Source of the DNA: an uncultured SAR86 cluster bacterium
Lineage (GTDB): Bacteria; Pseudomonadota; Gammaproteobacteria; Magnimaribacterales; TMED112
Direction: 5' to 3'
NCBI GenBank assembly: GCA_902526535.1
Contig: CABZLG010000003.1
Coordinates: 18,222-82,221, forward strand
Length of the DNA: 64,000 nucleotides
Shown: in pieces, positions 34,328 to 44,954 of the stretch
How positions within the stretch are numbered: the first letter of the stretch is position 1
Layout: every line of letters begins with the position of its first letter
The notes under the pieces: generated by a model
Databases searched by the model: none
The model's input: only the letters and a program-made list of their open reading frames with translations
Told to the model about the DNA's origin: nothing
Position numbers and translations under genes: made by a program

Positions 34328-35907
34328 CTAAAATAAAAATAATTTTTGTTTTAATTTTCATACTATTTATTTTTCCTCTCGTAAAATACTTTCAACTTAA
34401 AGGTCAAGAGGAAAGAATCCTCAAAGAGGGAGTTTCAAGAGTTTATACTGAAAAAGAGTTCACAACTCCAAGAAGAAAAATACTGGATCGAAACTCAAAT
34501 GAACTTGCCACCGACATCAGAAGAGATACATTTATTTTTTCTTCAAATGCAGAAAAAGAAAAAATCATTGAATATTCAAATATAAAGTCAATTGAAATTT
34601 TTTTGAACGCAAATAAAAGGATATGGTTTCAAAACCCTGTAACTAGTAGTTTCTACAATGATTCAAAAGAGTATTGTAATTGCAGAATAATTAGAGAAGA
34701 AAAGTATCGTAGATATTACCCATTTGGAAGTGTTGCAAGTGCCCTGATAGGCTTTGCCGGAACTGAAGGTGGTCTGGAAGGTGTTGAGAGAATATTTAAT
34801 AGTAGACTTTCAACTAAATCAGAAAAACGAAAATTTATCAAAGATGCAAGACAAAGAATTGTTATGGGCGATATAAATGATTTTATCGATAATGAGGAAA
34901 ATTCACTTACTTTAACTCTTGATATAAATCTGCAATACAAATTACAGGAGGAACTTGAGAAAGCAGTGGCTATGTCGGAATCTATTGCTGGGGCTGCAAT
35001 TTTACTTGATTCTAGCAATGGAGATATTTTAGCTGTTGCTAATTTTCCTACTTATAATCCGAATGACCCTGAAAGAGAAATTACAAAAAATATTGCTTTT
35101 AACCAATTTTATGAACCTGGTTCTTTAATGAAGCCAGTCACAATTGCAGGAGCTATCAAGTATGGCCATGTTGATTTTCAAACTTCAATTGATACAAATC
35201 CTGGAAGGTTAGCTATACCTGGAAAGGTAATTACGGAGGCAGGGGGGAAGAATCATGGTGAAATTTCTTTGACTGAGGTAATTACTTTATCTTCACAAGT
35301 AGGGACAACAAAGGTTGCTCTTCAATTTGATGATAAGCAAATTCTTGAAAATCTAGAGAATTTTGGTTTTGGAAAAAACTTTAATAATAGTTTCACAGAC
35401 GGATCTGGGAAAATTCTAATTAGAGAAAAATATCAACCAACAGAAAAGGCTGCAATTAGCTATGGATATAGTGTGGAGGTAAATACAGTTCAGTTAGCAA
35501 GAGCATATACTGTTTTTGCAAATGGAGGCGTTATGGTTGAGCCAAAAATACTTTTAGAGGAGCCTGTAGCCAAGAGGCAAGTGATAACTTTAGAGAATGC
35601 AAAATTTATTTTAGATGCGCTAAGAACAGTAGTAACTCAAGGCACTGCTCAAAGAATGAAAAATCTTGATGTAGAAATTGTTGGAAAAACCGGTACAACA
35701 GAAAAGTATATTCCTGGAAAAGGTAAGGGATATACAGATGGTAAGTATGTATCAAGCTTTGCTGCAATTTTTCCTTACAAAGATCCAAAATATGTTTTGG
35801 CTATCACATTTGACGAGCCAGATCCTAACAATTACTACGGTGGTACTATTTCAGCACCACTTGTAAAGTCTTTTGTTAGTTATTTAAAGAGAACTAACTA
35901 TTTATGA
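34324..35907 (+). CDS. ftsI: Peptidoglycan D,D-transpeptidase FtsI (PBP3)
   Basis: 527 aa with an N-terminal TM helix and the transpeptidase motifs SLMK (GSLMKPVT), SSQ and KTGT. Confidence 0.93.
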   Translation: MTKIKIIFVLIFILFIFPLVKYFQLKGQEERILKEGVSRVYTEKEFTTPRRKILDRNSNELATDIRRDTFIFSSNAEKEKIIEYSNIKSIEIFLNANKRIWFQNPVTSSFYNDSKEYCNCRIIREEKYRRYYPFGSVASALIGFAGTEGGLEGVERIFNSRLSTKSEKRKFIKDARQRIVMGDINDFIDNEENSLTLTLDINLQYKLQEELEKAVAMSESIAGAAILLDSSNGDILAVANFPTYNPNDPEREITKNIAFNQFYEPGSLMKPVTIAGAIKYGHVDFQTSIDTNPGRLAIPGKVITEAGGKNHGEISLTEVITLSSQVGTTKVALQFDDKQILENLENFGFGKNFNNSFTDGSGKILIREKYQPTEKAAISYGYSVEVNTVQLARAYTVFANGGVMVEPKILLEEPVAKRQVITLENAKFILDALRTVVTQGTAQRMKNLDVEIVGKTGTTEKYIPGKGKGYTDGKYVSSFAAIFPYKDPKYVLAITFDEPDPNNYYGGTISAPLVKSFVSYLKRTNYL

Positions 35908-37304
35908 ATCCTCTAAAAAATTTTCTCTTAAAAAATAAATCTTTTATCTCAAATACTAATCAACTTGAAGATGGCGATACATTTATATCTATAAATTCTG
36001 GTCACAAATTTCTAAGTGAAAATGATCAGAAAAAAGTTAGATATATTTTGTGTGACTCAAGTGAAGCTGATGGTGAAAGTTTAATAAAAATTCCTGGATT
36101 AAATCAAAATTTAATTAAGTGGGTAGACGATATTTATAATATTAAACACAAAAAATTTGAAAACTTCTTTGTAACAGGAACAAATGGCAAAACAAGCTCA
36201 GTTCACTTTTTGAGTGAAGTTTTTAAAAAAATTGGTGTTGTATATGCCTCTATGGGTACTCTAGGTTCGTATTTGGAAGAAAAAAGAATTGAAGGCCAAA
36301 AATTAACAACGGAAAATCCACTCTTTATTAGAAAATTTCTTAAAAAAGTTCAAAATCATACCAAGCATATTTTTTTTGAAGCATCTTCAATAGGTATTAA
36401 TCAAAAAAGACTTGATGGCCTTGAAGTTAAGCATGCTGGTTTTACAAGTTTTGCAGAGGATCATCTTGATTATCATCAGACCACTTCTAATTATTTAGGT
36501 TCTAAACTTAAACTTTTGGCAAATAGAAGTCTTGAAACATTGGCGTTTAATGATGAGATGGACATTACAAAAGAAATTAAAAAAAATGCAAATGCTAAAA
36601 GTATTTTTTCAATATCTTCTTTAAATAAAAAAGCTGAAATCTATTACGAAATTTTAGATATCAATGAAAATGGTTGGATAAGATTTAATACTTTTACTCC
36701 ATGGGGACATTTCTCTTCAAATGTAAGGTTATGGACTGATTATAACGTTTTGAATTTGCTTATATCTTTACCTTACTATAATTACTGCTTTGGGGAAGCA
36801 AAATCTTTTTTTGAGAAAATCGAAAACATCTACCTTCCTAATGGAAGGTTTGAAGTTTTAGATTTTAAAACCAAACACAAAAAAGTAATTATTGATTTTG
36901 CACACACTCCTGAAGCAATGGAAAAACTTTTATCTCAACTATCTAAAAATTATAAAGAAAATATTTATTTGGTCTTTGGATGTGGAGGCGATAGAGATAA
37001 AGGCAAAAGATCAAAAATGGGTGGTATAGCAGAAAAATATGCAACACAAATATTTTTAACTTCTGACAATTCTAGAAATGAATCTGCAGATCAAATAATC
37101 AATATGATTGCATCAGGCATTAAAGATAAATTAAAAATTCAAATTAATACAAATCGTGAAAAAGCTATTCAATTAGCCCTAGATTCTATAGGCAGTGATG
37201 ATGTTCTTGTTGTTGCGGGGAGAGGACACGAAAATTTTCAAATTGAGCAAGGTATTAGGTTAGAATTTTCTGATCGTGAAATTGTAGAAAAATGTTTAGC
37301 GTAA
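35904..37304 (+). CDS. murE: UDP-MurNAc-L-Ala-D-Glu:meso-DAP ligase
   Basis: 466 aa with the Mur ligase P-loop TGTNGKTS and TSDNSRNE (compare the DNPR motif). Position after ftsI. Confidence 0.9.
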   Translation: MNPLKNFLLKNKSFISNTNQLEDGDTFISINSGHKFLSENDQKKVRYILCDSSEADGESLIKIPGLNQNLIKWVDDIYNIKHKKFENFFVTGTNGKTSSVHFLSEVFKKIGVVYASMGTLGSYLEEKRIEGQKLTTENPLFIRKFLKKVQNHTKHIFFEASSIGINQKRLDGLEVKHAGFTSFAEDHLDYHQTTSNYLGSKLKLLANRSLETLAFNDEMDITKEIKKNANAKSIFSISSLNKKAEIYYEILDINENGWIRFNTFTPWGHFSSNVRLWTDYNVLNLLISLPYYNYCFGEAKSFFEKIENIYLPNGRFEVLDFKTKHKKVIIDFAHTPEAMEKLLSQLSKNYKENIYLVFGCGGDRDKGKRSKMGGIAEKYATQIFLTSDNSRNESADQIINMIASGIKDKLKIQINTNREKAIQLALDSIGSDDVLVVAGRGHENFQIEQGIRLEFSDREIVEKCLA

Positions 37305-38449
37305 AAGGTTTAAATTCACTTAAAGACTTTTCAAAGTTTTTAGATGGACAAATATTTGTAAATGATCATGAGATTACTGGAATAAATTTTGATTCCAGAC
37401 ACATTAATAAAAATGAATTATTTATTCCATTAAAGGGGGATAATTTTGATGGCAATAATTTTATAAATGAAGCTGAGAATAAAGGTGGCTTCGCTCTGTC
37501 TGACAGAAAAGATGTGAAATGTTCAATCTTGGTTGAGAATGTATATGAGTCTCTTCTAAAGCTTGCTCAAAAAAATCTTGAAGAAATTAGACCAAAAATA
37601 GTATTTATAACTGGAAGTCACGGAAAAACTACTATTAAAGACATGCTTAAATTTTCATTGGGAAAAAAATGCCATGCAAGTAAAGAAAATCAAAACAACC
37701 AATTTGGCATACCTTTTACAATCTTACAGATGCCGCATACTGCAGAGATAATTATTGTCGAATGTGGCGCTAGAAACGAAGGCGATTTTGATGAAATTGC
37801 TAAATATCTTTTTTGTGATATTTTTATTTTAACAGACATCACTCACAACCATATAGAAACTTTTAAATCCATTGAAAATATTGAATCAACAAAATTAAAA
37901 TTACTCAAAACATTGGTAAAAAAAGAGAATTTTATTGATGGAAGAGAAATTGAACAACAAAATTATTTGCAAAAAAACTTACTAATAAGTAAGAGAGTTA
38001 TAGAAATGCTGCAATTAAAAGAATCAAGCGAGCTATATAAATTTGTTCCTTCAAAAGGTAGAGGGAATAGAGTGAAATTTAAAAATGCGGAAATAATTGA
38101 CCACTCTTATAATGCTAATCCAAAAGCCATAATTGAAACCGCAAAATTAGAAAATCCAAATAAAACAGTTCTGATTATTGGTGATATGGCCGAACTCGGC
38201 AAAGATGAGTTAAAAATTCATTGTGATCTTTTAAATAAACTTGAAGGTTATGAGATATTTATTACTGGAAAAATTTTTTATGAGTGTTTTAAAACTCAAA
38301 AAAGAGATAATTTATATTTCTTTGAGAATGAAAAAGATTTCCCAAAAAAAATTCTTTCAACTAAGCTTGATCAAGGTATAAATCTTTATTTTAAAGGTTC
38401 AAGGTCAAGCAAGATGGAAAGATATATTGATATAATAAAAAATGCTTGA
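37292..38449 (+). CDS. murF: UDP-MurNAc-tripeptide:D-Ala-D-Ala ligase (short, 385 aa)
   Basis: It has the Mur ligase P-loop TGSHGKTT and YNANP. Position between murE and mraY. Confidence 0.88.
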   Translation: MFSVKGLNSLKDFSKFLDGQIFVNDHEITGINFDSRHINKNELFIPLKGDNFDGNNFINEAENKGGFALSDRKDVKCSILVENVYESLLKLAQKNLEEIRPKIVFITGSHGKTTIKDMLKFSLGKKCHASKENQNNQFGIPFTILQMPHTAEIIIVECGARNEGDFDEIAKYLFCDIFILTDITHNHIETFKSIENIESTKLKLLKTLVKKENFIDGREIEQQNYLQKNLLISKRVIEMLQLKESSELYKFVPSKGRGNRVKFKNAEIIDHSYNANPKAIIETAKLENPNKTVLIIGDMAELGKDELKIHCDLLNKLEGYEIFITGKIFYECFKTQKRDNLYFFENEKDFPKKILSTKLDQGINLYFKGSRSSKMERYIDIIKNA

Positions 38450-39524
38450 TTTCTTTCTAAGTTATTTGCCTGAGAAGTCCTCTTTTTTAAATCTTTTCTC
38501 TTATCTTTCTACGAGAACAATTCTTTCTACTTTATCAGCTCTCATGATTGTTCTTTTCTTTGGAGAGAAATTTATCGAATTCGTAAGATCTGTTCAATTT
38601 AGGCAAAAAATCGATGATAGAGGGCCTACAAGCCATAAAGTAAAAGATGGAACCCCTACAATGGGCGGGCTGCTGATTATAGGTAGCGTTCTTTTATCAG
38701 GACTTCTATGGGGAGATTTGCAAAATAAATATCTTTTAATTTCACTCTTTACAATATTCTCTTTTGGATTGATTGGTTTTTTTGATGATTATAGAAAAGT
38801 CAAAAGTTTGGACTCAAAAGGTCTTTCTATGGTAACAAAAATTTTCTTCCAAATAGTTTTTGCCTTCATTGCATCATCTTTACTTTATTACACTGCAAAT
38901 AGCACTGTGGAGACCAACTATATTGTTCCATTCTTTAAAACTGTTTCCGTTGACTTGGGTATTTTTTTTATTTTTATCTCAGTTTTTATACTTGTAGGGA
39001 GCTCAAATGCGGTGAATCTCACCGATGGATTAGATGGACTTGCAATTTTACCTGTAATCATAGTTACTGCTGCTTTGGGGTTCATAGCATGGTCGGCAGG
39101 AAATTTAATAGCGTCTGAATACTTATACATACCATATGTAGAAGGAACAGGAGAGCTATTAGTTCTTTGTGGAGCAATGATTGGAGCAGGGATTGGTTTT
39201 TTGTGGTTCAATACATATCCAGCCCAAATTTTTATGGGTGACATAGGTTCACTCTCTATGGGCTCGTTCATCGCCTTAATAGCAATTATTGTTAGGCATG
39301 AAATAGTATTTGCAGTAATGGCAATGATTTTTATTATTGAAGCAATGAGTGTAATTCTTCAGGTGGCCTCATTTCGCATAAGGAAAAAAAGAATTTTTAA
39401 AATGGCTCCATTACATCATCATTTTGAATTAATAGGATGGAAAGAACCAAAAATTATTGTACGTTTCTGGATAATTACTTTTATTTTTGTTTTGTTAGGA
39501 CTTTCTCTTTTAAAGATTAGATGA
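38442..39524 (+). CDS. mraY: Phospho-N-acetylmuramoyl-pentapeptide transferase
   Basis: 360 aa polytopic protein with GTPTMGG, NAVNLTDGLDGLA and MGDIGS. Confidence 0.97.
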   Translation: MLDFFLSYLPEKSSFLNLFSYLSTRTILSTLSALMIVLFFGEKFIEFVRSVQFRQKIDDRGPTSHKVKDGTPTMGGLLIIGSVLLSGLLWGDLQNKYLLISLFTIFSFGLIGFFDDYRKVKSLDSKGLSMVTKIFFQIVFAFIASSLLYYTANSTVETNYIVPFFKTVSVDLGIFFIFISVFILVGSSNAVNLTDGLDGLAILPVIIVTAALGFIAWSAGNLIASEYLYIPYVEGTGELLVLCGAMIGAGIGFLWFNTYPAQIFMGDIGSLSMGSFIALIAIIVRHEIVFAVMAMIFIIEAMSVILQVASFRIRKKRIFKMAPLHHHFELIGWKEPKIIVRFWIITFIFVLLGLSLLKIR

Positions 39525-40588
39525 AAAAATCACTGATCCTCGGTTATGGCATTACTGGAAAATCTTTTGCAAATTATTTAACTAAAAAAAAATTAAATTT
39601 TGAAATTTACGACAAAAATCTTAGAGGAAAAAAGTTTATAGCATTTCCTGAATATAATAATTTAAAAAGATATGAGAATATTTATGTTTCTCCTGGCTTT
39701 AAATTAACTGACCACCTTTCAGAGATTGAAATATGCAGCTTAGAGTTTCTAACTGATTTAGATATATTCTTTAAGCAGAATAAATCATATAAAATCGGAG
39801 TTACAGGAACAAATGGCAAAAGTTCATTAGCTTATTATCTAGAGCAAATTCTAAATCAAGTCTCGAGCGGAATTATTGTTGGAAATTTTGGTAATCCTGC
39901 CTTAGATTTCCTTCACCACAAAAAAAAGTACTCAATAATTGAGCTTTCAAGTTTTCAACTTGAAAAACTAAATAAATCATTTCTAGATTTATCAATAGTT
40001 ACCAATATTTCGCCAGATCATCTTGATTTTCATGGTAATTACGAAAATTACAAAAAAGCAAAGCTTAAAATCTGTAACAATGAGGCAAAAACTTTTTTTG
40101 CGAATAATGATATTTGTCTTAAAGAATTTGCATTTGAAGTTGCATCAAGTTTAGAAAAAATTGACTATAAAACTTTAAGCTCACTAAATGATCTTCCACA
40201 TAGACTTGAGGTGGTTGTTCCAGGAATAATAAATGATTCAAAATCAACTAATTCAGCTTCTTTATTGTACGCGATCAAGAAATTAAATTTTGATGGCAAC
40301 CTAATTATTTGTGGTGATCCAACAAAAGAACCAAAATCCTTTGAAATTCTTGGGCCTCAGCAAGTGTATATTTTTGGTAAACATAGAAATGAGCTTAAAG
40401 ACAAAATTAAATGTAGTAGAGCAAAGATTTTTTCAAATTTAGATTTAGTTTTACACGATATAAAGCAAGGCGATATAAAGCCAAATATTCTTTTTTCACC
40501 GGGCAATTCTAGTGGTGAGGATTTTAAAAATTTTGAAGATAGAGGTAATTTCTTTAAAGATAAAGTATTAAAATATTTTAGTGATTGA
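39521..40588 (+). CDS. murD: UDP-MurNAc-L-Ala:D-Glu ligase (short, 355 aa)
   Basis: It has an N-terminal Rossmann motif GYGITG, the P-loop TGTNGKSS and NISPDHLDFHG. Position between mraY and ftsW. Confidence 0.88.
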   Translation: MKKSLILGYGITGKSFANYLTKKKLNFEIYDKNLRGKKFIAFPEYNNLKRYENIYVSPGFKLTDHLSEIEICSLEFLTDLDIFFKQNKSYKIGVTGTNGKSSLAYYLEQILNQVSSGIIVGNFGNPALDFLHHKKKYSIIELSSFQLEKLNKSFLDLSIVTNISPDHLDFHGNYENYKKAKLKICNNEAKTFFANNDICLKEFAFEVASSLEKIDYKTLSSLNDLPHRLEVVVPGIINDSKSTNSASLLYAIKKLNFDGNLIICGDPTKEPKSFEILGPQQVYIFGKHRNELKDKIKCSRAKIFSNLDLVLHDIKQGDIKPNILFSPGNSSGEDFKNFEDRGNFFKDKVLKYFSD

Positions 40589-41699
40589 AAAGCATACTTT
40601 TTTTGATAAGTATTTAGTAGTTCCAATTATTATTCTTACACTAATTAGTCTTGTCTTCATTTTTTCTTCTTCAGCCCCTTATGCAGGTGAAAAATATCTT
40701 GATCCATATTATTTTTTCGAAAGACAAATCATCGCCCTATCAATAGGAATTTTGATAAGTTCTTTTATTCTTTTTATTCCAATATCTTTTTATAGAGAAA
40801 ATGGTGCCATTTTTATTTTTATATCACTAATTCTACTTGTTTTAGTATTAATTCCCTCAGTGGGCACTGAAGTAAATGGAAGTAGAAGATGGCTCAGAAT
40901 TGTCTCGTTTAATCTGCAGCCTTCAGAGGTTGCAAAAGTTCTTGTGCCTTTGTACTTGTGCGGATATTGTCTCCGAAGAAAAAGGCAACTTGAGACATCC
41001 TGGTGGGGATTTTCCAAACCTCTAGTTCTAATTTTAATTCTATGTATTCTTTTATTTCTTGAACCAGACTACGGAGCAACAATAGTTTTATTTTGTGTCG
41101 GAATGGTTGTCTTATTTTGTGGTGGAGCAAAAATATCACAGCTTTTGATATTGTTAGTTTCATTCTTTGTTTTAATGTCAATTTTAATTTATTTCAATGA
41201 AGAGAGATTTAGTAGATTAATAAGTTTTGCAGATCCTTTTGATGATATTGATAGGACTGATTATCAGCTACTTATGGCATTGATTGCCATTATTAATGGA
41301 AATTGGTTTGGTTTGGGTATCGGTGAAAGTACTCAAAAGTACTTTTTTTTACCTGAGGCACATACAGACTTTATTTTCTCAATATATGTCGAGGAAACAG
41401 GATTTGTTGGAATATTAATACTATTTACTTGTTACTTAACTATGCTTTACAGGATATATAGGCTTGCGTACATCTCGTACAAAAAAAATTATACTTTTAA
41501 CAGTTTCGTAATAATTTCATTTGGCTTTCTTTTTTTTGTGCAAACACTCGCAAATATATTAGTTAATGTAGGATTAATTCCTACAAAAGGATTACCTCTT
41601 CCTTTTATAAGTTATGGAGGATCAAGTGTCATAATGAACTTTATATTTCTATCCATTGCAATGAGAGCTAGTTGGGAATTTAGGAATGGGATCAAATGA
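40581..41699 (+). CDS. ftsW: SEDS-family peptidoglycan glycosyltransferase FtsW
   Basis: 372 aa polytopic protein with NGSRRWL, LQPSEVAK, LPEAHTDFIFS and LPFISYGGSS. Confidence 0.93.
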   Translation: MIEKHTFFDKYLVVPIIILTLISLVFIFSSSAPYAGEKYLDPYYFFERQIIALSIGILISSFILFIPISFYRENGAIFIFISLILLVLVLIPSVGTEVNGSRRWLRIVSFNLQPSEVAKVLVPLYLCGYCLRRKRQLETSWWGFSKPLVLILILCILLFLEPDYGATIVLFCVGMVVLFCGGAKISQLLILLVSFFVLMSILIYFNEERFSRLISFADPFDDIDRTDYQLLMALIAIINGNWFGLGIGESTQKYFFLPEAHTDFIFSIYVEETGFVGILILFTCYLTMLYRIYRLAYISYKKNYTFNSFVIISFGFLFFVQTLANILVNVGLIPTKGLPLPFISYGGSSVIMNFIFLSIAMRASWEFRNGIK

Positions 41700-42698
41700 A
41701 AATTGCAATCTTTGCTGCCGGAACAGGTGGCCATATTTACCCAGCATTAACAATTGCTAAAGAATTTGATAAAAAAGATATTATCTTTTTCGCGTCATCA
41801 AGAGAGCTTGAAAAAAAAATATTTAAAGATTCAAAATTTAAAACAGTTCATCTTAATATTTCTGGTTTTAGAGGAAAAAGTTTATTAAAAAAATTAGTGT
41901 GGCCTCTGAGTTTTTTTTTTAAATTTATTTGATTTTATAAAAAACTTTATTGAATTTAAGCCTGATAAAATTCTTGTTATGGGTGGATATATATCAATTT
42001 TTGGCATCCTCGCTGCTCTGATATTTAGAAAAAAAATATATGTACATGAACAAAATTCAGTTATTGGCACGTTAAATAAATTTGCAAAAAATTTTAGTTA
42101 CAAATTTTTTTCCAGTTTTAAGAATATTTCGAATGATGAAATTTATACTGGAAATCCAATTAGAAATCAAATTTCTTCCAGAGGTTATGAAATAAATAAA
42201 GAAAAGAAATTCATCCTTGTGCTTGGTGGTAGTCAAGGCGCAAAATTTTTTAATGAAAAGTTAATGAAAGTATTGGAGAAAGCAAATTTTTCAGAAGAAA
42301 TTATTTTTCAAACAGGCAGGAAAAATACCATTAATTCTGTGAAAAATATTAAGCAAATTGAATATATTAATGAGATAGAAGAAGTTTTTTTAAAAACAAA
42401 ATTTATTATCTGTAGAAGTGGTGCATCTACTGTTGCTGAGCTTCAAACATATGCTATGCCAGCAATTTTTATACCAATTCTTAACTCAATTGATGATCAT
42501 CAGACATTCAATGCAAAAAATGCATGTAAAAATGGTGGCGGAATATATCTAAGTGAAAAGAATTTTTCTGAGGATTTATTTCTTAAAAAAATAACTTCCT
42601 TTTATAATTCTGACCTGAATAAAAGAAGTAAAAATATGTACAACGATATTCATATAGATGCAGCTTCAAGGATAGCAGATGAAATTAAGCAAAATTAA
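41696..42698 (+). CDS. murG: Lipid II synthase MurG (GT28), frameshifted as sequenced
   Basis: ORF track fragments are 41696..41932 (AAGTGGHIYPAL G-loop) and 41979..42698 (GGYISIFG.., HEQNSV, LGGSQGA, CRSGASTVAEL). The other frame across 41910..41978 reads VFFLNLFDFIKNFIEFKPDKILVMGGY without stops. The frames switch at a T10 run, 41911..41920. Confidence 0.92.
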
Positions 42699-44070
42699 AT
42701 ATATTCATTTCATTGGAATTGGAGGGGTTGGTATGGTAGGAATTGCAGAACTTCTTCTAAATCAAGGGTATAAAATTTCTGGAAGTGATTTGTCAAAAAG
42801 CAAAAATACGGACAGGCTAAAAAGATTAGGAGCTGCTATTAAAATTGGTCATACCAAAGAAAATCTTAAAAAAGCTGATGTAGTTGTTTTTTCTTCGGCA
42901 GTTAATAAAACGAATCCTGAAATAACTGAAGCCAAAAAACAAGGAATCACCTTAATACCAAGAGCTGAGATGTTAGCTAGTATTATGCGTGGTTTTCAAA
43001 GTATTGCTGTTGCAGGATCGCACGGAAAAACAACTACAACCAGTATAATTGCTCATATTTTTACCGAGGCTGAGCTTGATCCAACATATATTATTGGAGG
43101 CAGAATTTTAGGAATGGAAGATAAAAGTATTCTAGGTTCAAGTGATTATATTATAGTTGAAGCAGATGAAAGTGACGCGTCATTTTTGCATCTTAATCCA
43201 GAGATATCAGTATTAACAAACATTGATAACGACCATCTAGATTTTTATGAAAATAATCCAAAGAAAATTAGTGATACCTTTTTAAAGTTTCTCGAAAAAC
43301 TCCCATTTTTTGGCGTCGGCATTATCTGTACTGATGATCCAAAGTCAAAAAAACTTTATCAGAAACTATCTAGAAGAAAAATCTCATTTGGATTTGAAAG
43401 AACTTCAGATTTTTTTATAAAAAATTATAAACAAACAAAAACACTTCAAGAATTTATATTGAAAGATAACATTAAAAAATTTGAATTCGATATAAAACTT
43501 AAAATTCCTGGCAAACATAATGCTCTGAATGCTGCTGCTGCTTTTATTGTTGCTCAACAAGCAGGAATACAAACTAATGTTATTAAAAATTCTTTGAAAA
43601 ATTTTTCTGGTGTTTCGCGAAGATTTGAAGAAAAAGGGACTGTAAAAATAAATGGAAAACAGGTATTAGTAGTTGATGATTATGGGCATCATCCCACAGA
43701 AATTAAATCTACTATCCAAGCAGCTAAGTCAAAATATAAAGGCAAGCAAATAAATATGATTTTCCAACCACATCGCTATTCCCGATCATCAATATTATTC
43801 AGGGAATTTATATCAGTACTTTCAGAAACTGATTCAGTACAGTTAATGGATATTTACTCTGCAGGAGAGGCAAATACGTCAGGAATTTCTAGTTACGACT
43901 TTGTAGACTCTTTATTAAGAAAGGGTATAGATGCTAAATATGCAAAAAATCTAAATCAAATAAGAAAGAACTTAAATGAAAGTATCAAAAAAGAAAGTAT
44001 TCTTATTATTCAAGGAGCAGGCAATGTTTCAGATATAACAGCATCTCTTATGGCTATAGGAAAAAAATGA
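42679..44070 (+). CDS. murC: UDP-N-acetylmuramate:L-alanine ligase
   Basis: 463 aa with HFIGIGGVGMVGIAELL, the P-loop AGSHGKTTTTS and DDYGHHP. Confidence 0.96.
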   Translation: MKLSKIKYIHFIGIGGVGMVGIAELLLNQGYKISGSDLSKSKNTDRLKRLGAAIKIGHTKENLKKADVVVFSSAVNKTNPEITEAKKQGITLIPRAEMLASIMRGFQSIAVAGSHGKTTTTSIIAHIFTEAELDPTYIIGGRILGMEDKSILGSSDYIIVEADESDASFLHLNPEISVLTNIDNDHLDFYENNPKKISDTFLKFLEKLPFFGVGIICTDDPKSKKLYQKLSRRKISFGFERTSDFFIKNYKQTKTLQEFILKDNIKKFEFDIKLKIPGKHNALNAAAAFIVAQQAGIQTNVIKNSLKNFSGVSRRFEEKGTVKINGKQVLVVDDYGHHPTEIKSTIQAAKSKYKGKQINMIFQPHRYSRSSILFREFISVLSETDSVQLMDIYSAGEANTSGISSYDFVDSLLRKGIDAKYAKNLNQIRKNLNESIKKESILIIQGAGNVSDITASLMAIGKK

Positions 44071-44954
44071 AAAGGGTAGAAATTATTTATGGTGGAGCAT
44101 CAAATGAAAAAGAAATTTCACATCTTACAGCCAAATCAATTTATGAACATATTAATACCGATTTATATAATCCAGGATTAACTGACTTATCTGAGTTTGA
44201 TCCAGATAATTTTGATGACGAAACTATTTTTTTTATAGCCATACATGGGGAAGGTGGTGAAGATGGAAAAATTCAGACGCTATTAGAAAATAAAAAAAGA
44301 AAATTTACTGGATCTAGCTCAGAATCATCTATTTTAACTTGGGATAAAATAGCTACAAAAAGAACACTAATAGAAAATGGCATACTTACTCCTCAATTTA
44401 AGTATATAAAAAATAATGAACATTTTGATTTTAACGACAGTTTTTTTTCAGAGAATGAACATTATTTTGTAAAGCCAAATTTTAATGGCTCTAGCTATGG
44501 TATTTCAAAAGTTTCAGATAGAAAATTCAATGAGGCTGTAAAGGAAGCCAAAAATTACTCGAGTGAAGTAATAATTGAAAAAAGTTTTAATGGAGCTGAA
44601 TACACAGTTGCTCTGTTAAAAGGACAGGCTTTGACACCACTGCAAATTTTACATGACCCAATCAGGGGATTTTATGATTATGAAGCGAAATATAATTCAC
44701 AAAATACACAAAAAATAAAAATTGAAGATAAAAGGATTAAAAAACATTTAAAAGAGATTGCTGAAAAAGTCTTTGTGTGTCTAAATTGCAAAACTTGGGC
44801 AAGAGTGGATTTTGTTTCTGAAAAGGAAAATTTGGCTGTAATAGAAATTAATTCTGTACCTGGATTTACAGCTAAAAGTCTTTTTCCTTTAGCGGCAAAA
44901 TATTCAGGTATAGAATATAAAGAACTCATAAGCTTGATCATTGAAGATTGTTAA
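44067..44954 (+). CDS. ddl: D-alanine--D-alanine ligase
   Basis: 295 aa with an ATP-grasp fold (IYGGASNEKEIS, HGEGGEDGKIQ, EINSVPGFT). Confidence 0.92.
   Translation: MKRVEIIYGGASNEKEISHLTAKSIYEHINTDLYNPGLTDLSEFDPDNFDDETIFFIAIHGEGGEDGKIQTLLENKKRKFTGSSSESSILTWDKIATKRTLIENGILTPQFKYIKNNEHFDFNDSFFSENEHYFVKPNFNGSSYGISKVSDRKFNEAVKEAKNYSSEVIIEKSFNGAEYTVALLKGQALTPLQILHDPIRGFYDYEAKYNSQNTQKIKIEDKRIKKHLKEIAEKVFVCLNCKTWARVDFVSEKENLAVIEINSVPGFTAKSLFPLAAKYSGIEYKELISLIIEDC

Noticed and set aside
38918-39271. Long antisense ORFs inside conserved genes. Examples are 38918..39271 in mraY, 57448..57777 in recA, 62280..62603 in aspS, 47691..48008 in dnaB, 20618..20935 in mgtE, 14661..14966 in gatA and 34716..35018 in ftsI.
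   Set aside because: Each sits opposite a strongly conserved protein-coding frame, has S/P/L-rich composition typical of antisense translation, and has no start context or motif. I see no evidence for overlapping genes.
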